Source of the DNA: Bacteroidota bacterium
GTDB taxonomy: Bacteria; Bacteroidota; Bacteroidia; Chitinophagales; Chitinophagaceae
Length of the DNA stretch: 64,000 nucleotides
Direction of reading: 5' to 3'
Assembly (NCBI GenBank): GCA_023416995.1
Contig: JAEZGI010000044.1
Location: 5,964 to 69,963 of the forward strand
Shown: in pieces, positions 46,458-55,657 of the stretch
Position numbering within the stretch: position 1 is the stretch's first letter
Layout: each line of letters begins with the position of its first letter
Translations under genes and position numbers: made by a program
Notes under the pieces: generated by a model
The model's input: the letters and a program-made list of their open reading frames with translations, nothing else
Database searches by the model: none
Told to the model about the DNA's origin: nothing

Positions 46458-47981
46458 ATGGCAGATAAAAACGAATGTATCATCACCATCGAGATAGGCA
46501 CAAACGCCGTAAGAGTGGTTGCCTTTGATCTGAAAGGCAACACACTGGCTTCAATGAAAGGATCATATCCCACATTTCATTCGCAGCCCGATTATAGTGA
46601 GCAGGATCCCGAACAGATCTTTATAACCATGCTGTATGTTTTAAAGAATCTGCTTAATGAACATATACATCCTAATAAGATCAATGTTACAAGCATTTGT
46701 TTTAGTGCTTCTATGCACAGTGTATTGGCGATTGATAAAAATGGAAGTCCTTTGGGTAATGCGATAACCTGGGCCGACAACCGTGCCAACCAGGAAGCGG
46801 AGATTTTAAAAAATTCGGTTTCGAGCAAAACCATTTATGAAGCTACGGGCACACCTTTACATCCGATGTCACCGTTATTTAAGATTGCGTGGTTTAAAAA
46901 CAATGATTCAGCGCGGTTCAAACAGGCAAGCAAATTTATTCAGCTGAAGACGTATATCATTCATCAGCTTACAGGTGAATATCATGTTGATTATAGCCTT
47001 GCTTCGGCCACAGGGATCTTAAATATTCATACAGTTAAGTGGGAACCCGGCGCATTGGATTATGCAGGTATAACCAGTGATAAACTTGCCGAACCTGTGC
47101 CTGTGTTTTCAACAGCAGGAAAACTTAAAAAAGCTTATCAGAATTCTTTAGGCGTCAACGGAGATACAAAGATCATTGTTGGTTCAAGCGATGGCTGTCT
47201 TGCTACACTGGGTGCAGGAGTATGGGATGAACGCAAAGCTACCATCACCATTGAAGACAGCGGAGCAGTGCGGGTTATCGGTAAAAAAGTTTTAAATGAT
47301 AGCCGCCAGCGGATCTTTAACTACCTGCTTACTGAAGATTGTTATGTTTCAGGTGGTCCCACCAATAATGGCGGTATAGTGCTTGAATGGTTCGCAAAAC
47401 AGTTTGGTGATTTTAAAGATCCGTTTGGTCTTGAATACACCATGAACGAAATGATTGCCGTAGCGGAGAAAGTCGATGCCGGCGCGGATGGTCTCATCTT
47501 TCTTCCATATCTGCTGGGTGAAAGGGCACCTATCTGGGACGCCAACGCAAGGGGCGTTTACTTCGGAATCAATATCAAACACGGGCGACAACATTTTATC
47601 AGGGCAGTGGTCGAAGGAATTTTGTTTGAGATATATAGTATTGGAAAAACATTAAAGGAGCATCGATCATTTGATAGTTTGTCTATTAATGGAAGTTTTG
47701 CATCCATACCGCTCTGTGCGCAGATTCTCTCTGATGTTTTTAATATGCCCGTAAGCATCAGTCAGCATAATTATAGTGTGGGCATTGGCGCCTATTTGCT
47801 CAGTGCAACTGAGATGGGTATTTACAGTAGCATTGATGAGGCTGCAAAAAGTATTGTATTAAGTGAACAGTATTTTCCGAAACAACATCTCAATAATACC
47901 TACATGAAACATTTTGAAATTTTTGAACAACTGACCATCAAGTTTAAGGATGATTTTGGAAACGTCGTCAAACTGCAGTAG
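46458..47981 (+). CDS. gntK: FGGY-family gluconate kinase
   Basis: The ATG at 46458 (MADKNECIITIEIGTNAVRVVAF) is preferred over the upstream GTG. Strong resemblance to FGGY-type GntK: FSASMHSVLAIDKNGSPLGNAITWADNR, GTPLHPMSPLFKIAWFK, DYSLASATGILN, GSSDGCLATLGAG, GGPTNNGGIVLEW, PYLLGERAPIWD. Confidence 0.78.
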   Translation: MADKNECIITIEIGTNAVRVVAFDLKGNTLASMKGSYPTFHSQPDYSEQDPEQIFITMLYVLKNLLNEHIHPNKINVTSICFSASMHSVLAIDKNGSPLGNAITWADNRANQEAEILKNSVSSKTIYEATGTPLHPMSPLFKIAWFKNNDSARFKQASKFIQLKTYIIHQLTGEYHVDYSLASATGILNIHTVKWEPGALDYAGITSDKLAEPVPVFSTAGKLKKAYQNSLGVNGDTKIIVGSSDGCLATLGAGVWDERKATITIEDSGAVRVIGKKVLNDSRQRIFNYLLTEDCYVSGGPTNNGGIVLEWFAKQFGDFKDPFGLEYTMNEMIAVAEKVDAGADGLIFLPYLLGERAPIWDANARGVYFGINIKHGRQHFIRAVVEGILFEIYSIGKTLKEHRSFDSLSINGSFASIPLCAQILSDVFNMPVSISQHNYSVGIGAYLLSATEMGIYSSIDEAAKSIVLSEQYFPKQHLNNTYMKHFEIFEQLTIKFKDDFGNVVKLQ

Positions 47982-48059
47982 AAGGTCTCCGTCAAATGAT
48001 TATTGGCGCCTCACGTGTAAACAAATTTTTTCAAACCAAACCAAATTCACATTAAGCGT

Positions 48060-49181
48060 ATGACTGCTGTAAAAAAACCGTTTTATACCACTTGCTACAT
48101 TGTGGCTCTGATTGCCATACTGGCTTTTGCTTATACCACATTTCAAGAATTATATACCTGGTCAGGAGTTTTGTTGACAGTGTTTTTTGTAATCCTTGCT
48201 ATTGCTTTCCGGGGAAGCAGGTATTTAAAGGGTTACTGGTATAGTGTATTGATCCTGGCTGTGGCTTCCGCAGCGATGTATTTCCCGGAACAATTCAGAA
48301 CCGTGGGCGGAAGAGAGTCTTCCTTTTTTATACCTATCCTGTTGCAGGTCATCATGTTTGGAATGGGCACTGAATTGAGTCTTAAAGACTTTAAACAGGT
48401 ACTATCTATGCCAAAGGGGGTTATAGTTGGTACACTGTGCCATTATACAATTATGCCTTTGGTAGGTTATTCAGTAGCTCATTTGTTTGACTTCCCCGGG
48501 GAGATAGCAGCAGGAATTATATTGATTGGATGCTGCCCCAGTGGTCTTGCATCCAATGTAATGTGTTATCTGGCAAAGGCAAACCTGGCGTTATCGGTTT
48601 CGGTGACAACAGTTTCAACGCTTGTAGCGCCATTTCTTACGCCACTTCTTATGCGACTTCTGGGCGGCAGTTATGTCGAGATCGATCTCTGGGCGATGGT
48701 TTGGGAAATCACACAGATCGTGATCCTGCCTATCGCAGCCGGGCTGGCTTTTCATTATATCCTTCGCGGAAAGGTACAATGGCTGGATAAGGCAATGCCT
48801 GTTATCTCGATGGTTGGGATAGCGTTGGTTTTACTGGTGATTACGGCTGCGGGAAGAGATAACTTATTAAAGGTCGGAGGTCTGTTGATTGTCGCCACTT
48901 TTATCCATAACATGTCGGGTTATTTTCTGGGGTACTGGTCCGCGAGGCTTTTGAAGTTCCCCGAAAGTGATTGCCGCACTATTGCCCTTGAAGTTGGAAT
49001 GCAAAATGCCGGTCTTGCTTCAGCTTTAGCTAAAGCCATGGGCAAGATTGCCACGATGGGACTGGCCTCTGTCATCTTTGGAACGATGATGAATGTTACC
49101 GGTTCTTCTCTTGCAACCTGGTGGCACAACCGTCCTCCAAAAGATGCACCTGAAGAAAAAGAGCCAGTATTAACCAATTAA
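48060..49181 (+). CDS. Bile acid:sodium symporter (BASS/SBF) family transporter; substrate unknown
   Basis: 373 aa, polytopic. BASS signatures MFGMGTELSLKDF, GIILIGCCPSGLASNVM and ALEVGMQNAGLA. Confidence 0.8.
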   Translation: MTAVKKPFYTTCYIVALIAILAFAYTTFQELYTWSGVLLTVFFVILAIAFRGSRYLKGYWYSVLILAVASAAMYFPEQFRTVGGRESSFFIPILLQVIMFGMGTELSLKDFKQVLSMPKGVIVGTLCHYTIMPLVGYSVAHLFDFPGEIAAGIILIGCCPSGLASNVMCYLAKANLALSVSVTTVSTLVAPFLTPLLMRLLGGSYVEIDLWAMVWEITQIVILPIAAGLAFHYILRGKVQWLDKAMPVISMVGIALVLLVITAAGRDNLLKVGGLLIVATFIHNMSGYFLGYWSARLLKFPESDCRTIALEVGMQNAGLASALAKAMGKIATMGLASVIFGTMMNVTGSSLATWWHNRPPKDAPEEKEPVLTN

Positions 49182-49211
49182 TTATCCATAACTCAATTAA
49201 AAATAAAAATC

Positions 49212-50162
49212 ATGATGAAGTACCTGTTGCTGGTGGCCATTAGTGTCTGTGTTGGCCTGAGCGCCAATAGTCAAAAAGTCCAGATCAGTAAAGAAGAATT
49301 AATCGGACTTACTGCTGAGTGGAAGGGCGAACGTTTTCCTGATGGCCGGCCAAAAGTGTCAGATGATATTATTCGCCGCATGAAAAACGTAAGCGTTGAA
49401 GAAGCGTGGGCAACCATGAGTAATGCCGGATATCGATACCAGATTGCAGAAGGTTGGGAGATGATCCATCCTGACAGCGTGTTGGTAGGTCGTGCGGTGA
49501 CAGCCACCTTTATGCCCGGACGTCCTGATGTGTGGGCTGCTATCGATTCCTTAGGAAAAAAAGAAGGCAGAAGGGCGCAGAATGTATGGGCCGTTGAGAT
49601 GCTTACAAAAGGTGATGTTTATGTCGCGGACCAGTTTGGCGCAAAAAGAAACGGACCAACTGTCGGAGATAATGTCGGCAACGCGATATACGCGAAAACA
49701 GGCAACGGTATTGTTTACGACGGCGCTTTGCGTGATTTGGAGGGTCTTCGTGAGATCCCTGGCTTCACATCGTTTTATACCAGCTACGATCCTTCATATC
49801 ATAACCCTGGTTTCGGACCTAACAGGGATCTTACCACGATGATTGTTGGCATCAACAAACCCACACGTATCAGAACAGTAACTGTAATGCCCGGCGATGT
49901 GGTGTTGGGCAAGATGGGTGTAGTGGTATTCATTCCGCCGCACCTGGCAGAAAGAGTTGTTACAACTTCCGAGATCGTGCGCCTCAGGGATATGTTTGGG
50001 CACCAACGATTGAAGGAAGGTAAATACACTGCCGGGCAAATTGATACCCGCTGGTCTGACGAAATTGAAAAGGATTTCTCGAAATGGCTCAATGATCATA
50101 TTAACGAATTACCCGTTGGAAAAGATCAGATTCAGGAGTTTCTGAAACAACGTACCTGGTAA
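49212..50162 (+). CDS. RraA-like / class II (HMG/CHA-type) pyruvate-aldolase-like protein with a Sec signal peptide (paralog 1)
   Basis: 316 aa. Signal MMKYLLLVAISVCVGLSANSQ. RraA-fold motifs GRAVTATFMPGRPD, KGDVYVADQFG..GPTVGDNVGNAIYAKTGNGIVYDGALRDLEGLREI, VMPGDVVLGKMGVVVFIP. Confidence 0.72.
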   Translation: MMKYLLLVAISVCVGLSANSQKVQISKEELIGLTAEWKGERFPDGRPKVSDDIIRRMKNVSVEEAWATMSNAGYRYQIAEGWEMIHPDSVLVGRAVTATFMPGRPDVWAAIDSLGKKEGRRAQNVWAVEMLTKGDVYVADQFGAKRNGPTVGDNVGNAIYAKTGNGIVYDGALRDLEGLREIPGFTSFYTSYDPSYHNPGFGPNRDLTTMIVGINKPTRIRTVTVMPGDVVLGKMGVVVFIPPHLAERVVTTSEIVRLRDMFGHQRLKEGKYTAGQIDTRWSDEIEKDFSKWLNDHINELPVGKDQIQEFLKQRTW

Positions 50163-50198
50163 CATTAACCATATTAAGGACATATAAAAACGATCAAA

Positions 50199-51476
50199 AT
50201 GTCAAATTCATCAAGAAGAAGTTTCCTGGGGAAAGCAGCACTTATGAGTGCCCTAACACCTTTCGCAGCTATGTCAACCTTTGGGCGGGGGTTAGAAGAA
50301 GCAGTAGAAAAAATACCAAAGGTTTCAACGCCATCGGATCTTAAAATCAAAGATGTTACCTGTGCATTTATCAGGGGAAGTCTTTTTATCAAGATGACCA
50401 CTAACCAGGACATAATTGGTTACGGCGAAGGAGTTGATGCTGTGCCAGGAACTTATTATCTCGCAAAAAACTTTGGTAACAGACTTAAAGGAAGAAGCCC
50501 GCTTAATGTAAACCGGTTGGTAGAAGATATCCGCAAAGGTGGTTTCTTCCAGGGGGCACAATCCGGGATGTATATTGCAGTTTTGTCAGCCATTGAACAT
50601 GCACTCTGGGATCTTACAGGAAAAGCATTTGGTATGCCCGTCTACCAGTTGATGGGTGGTAAATACCGTGATAAGGTACGTGTGTATTGTGATACGGCTT
50701 TGTATCAGACTAATAATCCGAAACCAAAAGATTTTGCAGAGGCGGCTAAAAAATCAAAGGACATGGGTTTCAACGCCATCAAATTTGATTTGGACCAGGC
50801 CGGCGATCCGGGCAAATATGATCGTTACAACTGGACCGCCAGCCCGATGGAACTGCGCCGTATGATGGAGCAGATGTCTGCTGCACGCGAGGCAGTGGGG
50901 CCCGACGTTGATATCTGCGTGGATATGCATGGCCGTTATGATGCAGTTACCGGCGACAAAGTAGCGAAGATGCTTGAGCCACTTAACCTGATGTGGTTAG
51001 AGGAACCTATTCCTGCTGAAAATCCCGAGGCTTATAAAAAGATAACAGATTCAACAAGTACACCGATCTGTGCAGGTGAGAACCATTACCTGGCTTATGG
51101 CTTTAAAAGATTGCTCGACATTGGCGCCGTTGATATCGTAATGCCGGATCTTCAGAAATGTGGTGGTCTTGCCGAAGGTCAACGTATTGCTAATCTGGCT
51201 AACTTAACATATGTGCCCTTTGCACCACACATGGTAGCATCTTTCCTGGGTGCCATGGCCTGTGCGCATGTTTGTGCTTCAGTTCCTAACTTCCTGATCA
51301 TGGAATGGCAATCTTATTTTCATACCAATAAGATGTTCAGGGAAATTGTAAAATATGATGGTGAGTGGGTAGATAAAAGCTTTATTACCGTTTCTGATAA
51401 GCCTGGAATAGGAGTAGATCTTAACGAAGAGGGAATGAAAAAATATGCGATTCCCGGGGTTCCATTTTTTGAATAA
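50199..51476 (+). CDS. Enolase-superfamily (mandelate racemase/muconate lactonizing, acid-sugar dehydratase-like) enzyme with a twin-arginine (Tat) signal
   Basis: 425 aa. N-terminus MSNSSRRSFLGKAALMSALTPFAAMS (SRRxFLG Tat motif). Capping/barrel motifs IIGYGEG, AIEHALWDLTGKAFGMPVYQLMGGKYRDKVRVY, AIKFDLD, CVDMHGR, WLEEPIP, ICAGENH. Confidence 0.85.
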   Translation: MSNSSRRSFLGKAALMSALTPFAAMSTFGRGLEEAVEKIPKVSTPSDLKIKDVTCAFIRGSLFIKMTTNQDIIGYGEGVDAVPGTYYLAKNFGNRLKGRSPLNVNRLVEDIRKGGFFQGAQSGMYIAVLSAIEHALWDLTGKAFGMPVYQLMGGKYRDKVRVYCDTALYQTNNPKPKDFAEAAKKSKDMGFNAIKFDLDQAGDPGKYDRYNWTASPMELRRMMEQMSAAREAVGPDVDICVDMHGRYDAVTGDKVAKMLEPLNLMWLEEPIPAENPEAYKKITDSTSTPICAGENHYLAYGFKRLLDIGAVDIVMPDLQKCGGLAEGQRIANLANLTYVPFAPHMVASFLGAMACAHVCASVPNFLIMEWQSYFHTNKMFREIVKYDGEWVDKSFITVSDKPGIGVDLNEEGMKKYAIPGVPFFE

Positions 51477-51536
51477 CTAATAAATGATAGTAGAGGTTTG
51501 TGTGGTGAATGACAGGTGAAACCTAAATGTTGTTAC

Positions 51537-52460
51537 ATGAAATTGAAAAGCATCTTATATTTTCTGTTACTACAAGTGGTGTTCACTTGTTATTCAACTG
51601 CACAAACCATTTCCAAAGAAGAGTTGATATTTCTTACTTCAGAATGGAAGGGCGAACGTTTCAGTGACGGGCGCCCCAAAATTCCTGATCATCTTTTAGA
51701 ACGTGCCAAACATATCATGATTGATGATGCGTGGACCGTTTTAAAAAACGAGGGATATCTCAATCAGTTTGAAGGCAACTGGAAAACGCTTAACGATACT
51801 CCAATGACGGGTAGGGCTCTTACAGCTATGTACATGCCTGGCAGACCTGATGTAGAAAAAAATATCAAACAGAGAGGAGCTGCCGCGGGGCGAAAGGGTA
51901 ATACCAATTCCTGGCCGATTGATATTCTCGTAAGAGGGGACATCTATATTGCTGATGCATTTGGTAAAATAAGCGGAGGCTCTATTATGGGCGCTACTTT
52001 AGCCAATTCCATTTATAGTAAATCGGGTAATGGAGTGGTATTTAACGGAGCCGCAAGAGATCTGCAGGAGATCAGAAATATCAAAGGTTTCAATGCCTTT
52101 GTACGTGACTTCCACCCGTCTTTTACTGAGGAAATGGTATTGATGGGATTAAACTCCGCGATCCGTATCGGTAACGTAATGGTACTGCCAGGCGACCTGG
52201 TGATCGCTCAGAAGGAGGGTGTGCTGTTTGTTCCTGCCCATTTGGCGGAACTGGTTGTGACTACCGGTGAGTTTGTGATCCGGAAGGATCAGTTTGGTTT
52301 TGAAATGGTGCGAACCGGCAAATACAGCACCGGCGAAATTGACAGCCAATGGACAGAAGAAATGAAATCTGAGTTTCTGCGCTGGCTGGAGAAACATCCT
52401 GAATTAGGAAAGATGACGCCTGCCGAGGTGGATAAAATGATGAGTAAAAGAACCTGGTAA
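51537..52460 (+). CDS. RraA-like / class II pyruvate-aldolase-like protein with a Sec signal peptide (paralog 2)
   Basis: The ATG at 51537 (MKLKSILYFLLLQVVFTCYSTAQ) is preferred over the GTG at 51516. Same architecture as 49212-50162: ISKEELIFLTSEWKGERFSDGRPK, GRALTAMYMPGRPD, RGDIYIADAFG, GNGVVFNGAARDLQEIRNI. Both paralogs end in RTW. Confidence 0.72.
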   Translation: MKLKSILYFLLLQVVFTCYSTAQTISKEELIFLTSEWKGERFSDGRPKIPDHLLERAKHIMIDDAWTVLKNEGYLNQFEGNWKTLNDTPMTGRALTAMYMPGRPDVEKNIKQRGAAAGRKGNTNSWPIDILVRGDIYIADAFGKISGGSIMGATLANSIYSKSGNGVVFNGAARDLQEIRNIKGFNAFVRDFHPSFTEEMVLMGLNSAIRIGNVMVLPGDLVIAQKEGVLFVPAHLAELVVTTGEFVIRKDQFGFEMVRTGKYSTGEIDSQWTEEMKSEFLRWLEKHPELGKMTPAEVDKMMSKRTW

Positions 52461-52511
52461 AAAGAGTACGATAACTGTTTAATTACATCCTGGTTATTTA
52501 AAACAAACTTT

Positions 52512-53504
52512 ATGAAAAAGACAGCAATGGCCTTGTTTTGTTTGATCCTGCTAAAAAATTCAACCGCGCAGGAAAACAAACCGGGTTCAGCCAGTATTGA
52601 TTTTGTATCAAACGAACTCTCGCGAATTATTAATAAGAATGCAAAAGTTGAAACTATAGCTGAAGGTTTTCAATTCACTGAAGGGCCGGTATGGATAGAG
52701 AAAGAGCAAATGTTATTGTTTTCGGATGTGCCTGCAAATACGATCTATAAATGGACCGAAGCCAAAGGCAAAGAAGTTTATATAAAACCTTCAGGATACA
52801 CGGATAGCCGGCAGCGTGGAGGCTTTATGGGTTCCAACGGTCTTCTGCTTTCTAAAGAAGGAGATTTGTTGGTGTGTCAGCATGGTGATAGACGAGTTGC
52901 AAAGATGGACGCTCCTTTAAATGCCCCGGCCTCAAAATTTGTTACTGTAGTGAGCGAATACCAGGGCAAAAGGCTCAATAGCCCGAATGACCTGTTTTTG
53001 ACCGCTTCAGGAGATTTGTATTTTACTGATCCATCGTATGGTTTTGAAAAGCCTGGTGATGCCAGCAAAGAAATACCTTTCCAGGGTGTATACAGATTAA
53101 ACAAAGCCGGGGAAATAAAGCTGCTGGTCGATTCACTTTCTCAACCCAATGGCATTGCTATTTTTCCTGATGGTAAAACACTATTGATATCAGACTCTGG
53201 TCCGGGAAAAAACAAATGGTATGTTTATAATATTGGTACAGATGGAACCCTGAACAATGGAAGAATTTTTTATGATGCGGGTAATGACAAGGGTATGGGT
53301 GGAAGCGATGGTTTCAAAATCGACAAAGATGGTAACGTTTTTGCCACAGGACCCGGAGGAGTTTATATCTTTACAAAAGCAGGTAAACTAATCGGTAAGA
53401 TCAAAGTGAATGGGGCGGTTGCAGCAAATTGTGCTTTGACGCCAGATGGGAAAACGCTTTTTATAACTGCTACCGGTTATCTGCTCAGGGTAAAAATGCG
53501 GTAG
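52512..53504 (+). CDS. SMP-30/gluconolactonase/LRE-family lactonase, exported
   Basis: 330 aa. Signal MKKTAMALFCLILLKNSTAQ. Six-bladed propeller motifs FTEGPVW, LLFSDVPANTIYKW, SNGLLLSKEGDLLVCQHG, NSPNDLFLTASGDLYFTDP, QPNGIAIFPDGKTLLISD, SDGFKIDKDGNVFATGPGGVYIF. Confidence 0.85.
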   Translation: MKKTAMALFCLILLKNSTAQENKPGSASIDFVSNELSRIINKNAKVETIAEGFQFTEGPVWIEKEQMLLFSDVPANTIYKWTEAKGKEVYIKPSGYTDSRQRGGFMGSNGLLLSKEGDLLVCQHGDRRVAKMDAPLNAPASKFVTVVSEYQGKRLNSPNDLFLTASGDLYFTDPSYGFEKPGDASKEIPFQGVYRLNKAGEIKLLVDSLSQPNGIAIFPDGKTLLISDSGPGKNKWYVYNIGTDGTLNNGRIFYDAGNDKGMGGSDGFKIDKDGNVFATGPGGVYIFTKAGKLIGKIKVNGAVAANCALTPDGKTLFITATGYLLRVKMR

Positions 53505-53534
53505 GATCAAACAAAGATAAAATTTAGCTAAGTA

Positions 53535-53990
53535 ATGGACCATCTGATTAAAGCAGCAAAAACAAGCAGAAAATTATACCTCGCGCTTTTTGAGAAATAT
53601 ACGCTTGATCAGATGAATGTTGTGCCTGATAAGTTTAATAACAACATCATCTGGAACATTGGTCATATTGTTGCTGCGCAGCAATCGCTTGTTTACAAAA
53701 CATCGAACCTTCCAATGTATATTTCCGATGCTTTTTTTGATCGGTATAAACCCGGAACCCGTCCGGTGGGAAGGGTTACATCAGACGAGGCCGAAGAAAT
53801 CAAATCCCTTTTAATCTCAATGATTGAAAAAACAGAATCCGACCTGGTTAATGGTAAATTTGTCTCCTTCACTGAACGCAATACCATAACGGGTTTTCAT
53901 CTGGGCAAACTTGAAGATGCATTGGTCTTTAATATCTATCACGAGGGCCTGCACATGGGTTATATAAACAGCATTGGAAGATTCGTGTAA
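53535..53990 (+). CDS. DinB-superfamily protein
   Basis: 151 aa. Four-helix-bundle family pattern (IIWNIGHIVAAQQSLVY ... YHEGLHMGYI), with the conserved His residues typical of DinB_2-like proteins. Confidence 0.65.
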   Translation: MDHLIKAAKTSRKLYLALFEKYTLDQMNVVPDKFNNNIIWNIGHIVAAQQSLVYKTSNLPMYISDAFFDRYKPGTRPVGRVTSDEAEEIKSLLISMIEKTESDLVNGKFVSFTERNTITGFHLGKLEDALVFNIYHEGLHMGYINSIGRFV

Positions 53991-54008
53991 TAATCGGAAC
54001 GGACCTGG

Positions 54009-54347
54009 TTACGGTTTGACGCGGGTAAGTTTCATTTCACCTCTTTCATTTTTCACCAGGAGTTCATTTTCGTTGATTACTTCTCCGGTGTTTTTAATGG
54101 TCATTTCATTGAAAGAAATGCTATAAGAGAACTTTTTGCCGTCAACTTTTCCATCTTCAATTTTGATTTCACCAAACTCGGTTTTCAAAACCCCGGTAAG
54201 TTGATTGCCTTCCACCTTAAGCGTGTAATTTAATTCGATGGTGCCGTTTGGTGTTTCGCGTGTTCCCTTCCAATTGCCATCAATGGCATTCTGCGCGAAA
54301 GCAGTAGCAGTTCCAAAAATCAAGAGGAGGCTGAATAAGTACTTCAT
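54009..54347 (-). CDS. Small secreted hypothetical protein (beta-rich)
   Basis: 112 aa. Signal MKYLFSLLLIFGTATAFAQ. The mature part has alternating beta-strand character (GNWKGTRETPNGTIELNYTLKVEGNQLTGVLKTEFGEIKIEDGKVDGKKFSYSISF). Last gene of the PQQ-dehydrogenase / bicupin operon. Confidence 0.5.
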   Translation of the reverse strand: MKYLFSLLLIFGTATAFAQNAIDGNWKGTRETPNGTIELNYTLKVEGNQLTGVLKTEFGEIKIEDGKVDGKKFSYSISFNEMTIKNTGEVINENELLVKNERGEMKLTRVKP

Positions 54348-54408
54348 GGTAATTGATTTGATTAGTGATTAATATAAATTGCAAACTTAGCTGAGAATGT
54401 TACTGTGA

Positions 54409-55626
54409 TTATCGCTGGTCATCATCGCCCATCACATCATAACCGCGCCATTTGAATTCTTTGGCCAGGCTGGTAGCGGCTGGCCAGGCGATCTTGTGTT
54501 GTTCACTGGCGACCCATTTGCGACGATTGGCTTCCGTGTCGAATGAGATCTGGATCTGGTAGTTGAAAGTTGTTGGTTCTGCTTCTATTTCTTTTGCTAC
54601 ATGCTCAGGGTATAGTCTTAACAGCTTTGACTCGAGATAACCTTGTTGAACAAGCATGGCTGGCACATAAATAGAATGATACATCTTTTCAAATGCAGCC
54701 GCGTTTTCACTCGTAACAACAAAATCCATCTGCAGTACCATTGCTTTCGGGTTCAGTAACCGCCCTGTGCTGGTAACACTTTTTTCTTTAGATGCAGCAA
54801 TACCGATTACCAGCACCTCAAGTCCTTCATTACTTTTACCCGTTAAACTGATGTTTTCTCCAAGCTTCCCATAAAAAGCATCATCAGCTTTAACGGGGAG
54901 CGTTTCGTTGTTAATCGTGACTGTTCCTGCTCCTTTCAAAACATAATACACTTCTTCAATGCCATCCAACAAACGTGTTCCGGTTGAGCTGTCTGCTGCT
55001 ATCAGGAGATGGTCAACATGATGCCAGTTAGTGCTGAAGATATCGGGTCCAAATACACGGCGAAATAAATTGGTGTTACCTGTACCGGCAGCTTTCAAAG
55101 GTTTCAGTTTGTTTTGTTCTAGTCTTCCGGATACAAAAACAGGAATCGGATCGAGAGTTGCGCCAGCCCGGGTGTCGGTAAGATCAAAATTGTCTGAACG
55201 GCCCTTGGTTTTACTCACAGCAAAGTTTAACCAGCGAACGGGTTCCTTTGAAGCATTGTGGATGGCGTGTGCATCACCCATTTTGCAGGGTACAATTGCA
55301 GGTGCTTTTATTTTTGATGTCCTTCCGTTGATGGTGAATTCGGCTTCCCCGCTTAACAAAACATACATCTCTTCAATTGTGTGGTGGAAGTGATGACCGA
55401 TGCCTGATTTTGCATGGATGGAGCCCGAATGCAGATACAGGAAATTGGTTCCCAGTTCACTTCTGCCAATTAGTTGGGTAAATGCCATTTTCCCCGCACC
55501 GGCATGCACTGCACTAAGCGTTCTGTATTTAGTGGAATCATTGCGGATAACCCTTTCTTTCATGGTCTGTGCAATCGCACAAAGAGTGAACATTATAAGC
55601 AACGATGTAACAGTTATACGTTTCAT
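54409..55626 (-). CDS. Exported bicupin protein fused to a C-terminal ABM-like (dimeric alpha/beta-barrel) domain
   Basis: 405 aa. Signal MKRITVTSLLIMFTLCAIAQ. Cupin 1 has an intact metal motif (GIGHHFHHTIEEMYVLLSGEAEF...GDAHAIHN). Cupin 2 is degenerate (GIEEVYYVLKGAGTVTINN). The C-terminal ~100 aa (MVLQMDFVVTSENAAAFEKMYHSIYVPAM...ISFDTEANRRKWVASEQH) looks ABM-like. Confidence 0.65.
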   Translation of the reverse strand: MKRITVTSLLIMFTLCAIAQTMKERVIRNDSTKYRTLSAVHAGAGKMAFTQLIGRSELGTNFLYLHSGSIHAKSGIGHHFHHTIEEMYVLLSGEAEFTINGRTSKIKAPAIVPCKMGDAHAIHNASKEPVRWLNFAVSKTKGRSDNFDLTDTRAGATLDPIPVFVSGRLEQNKLKPLKAAGTGNTNLFRRVFGPDIFSTNWHHVDHLLIAADSSTGTRLLDGIEEVYYVLKGAGTVTINNETLPVKADDAFYGKLGENISLTGKSNEGLEVLVIGIAASKEKSVTSTGRLLNPKAMVLQMDFVVTSENAAAFEKMYHSIYVPAMLVQQGYLESKLLRLYPEHVAKEIEAEPTTFNYQIQISFDTEANRRKWVASEQHKIAWPAATSLAKEFKWRGYDVMGDDDQR

Positions 55627-55657
55627 AATGATGAGATGGTTTAAACTACTTTAATGA

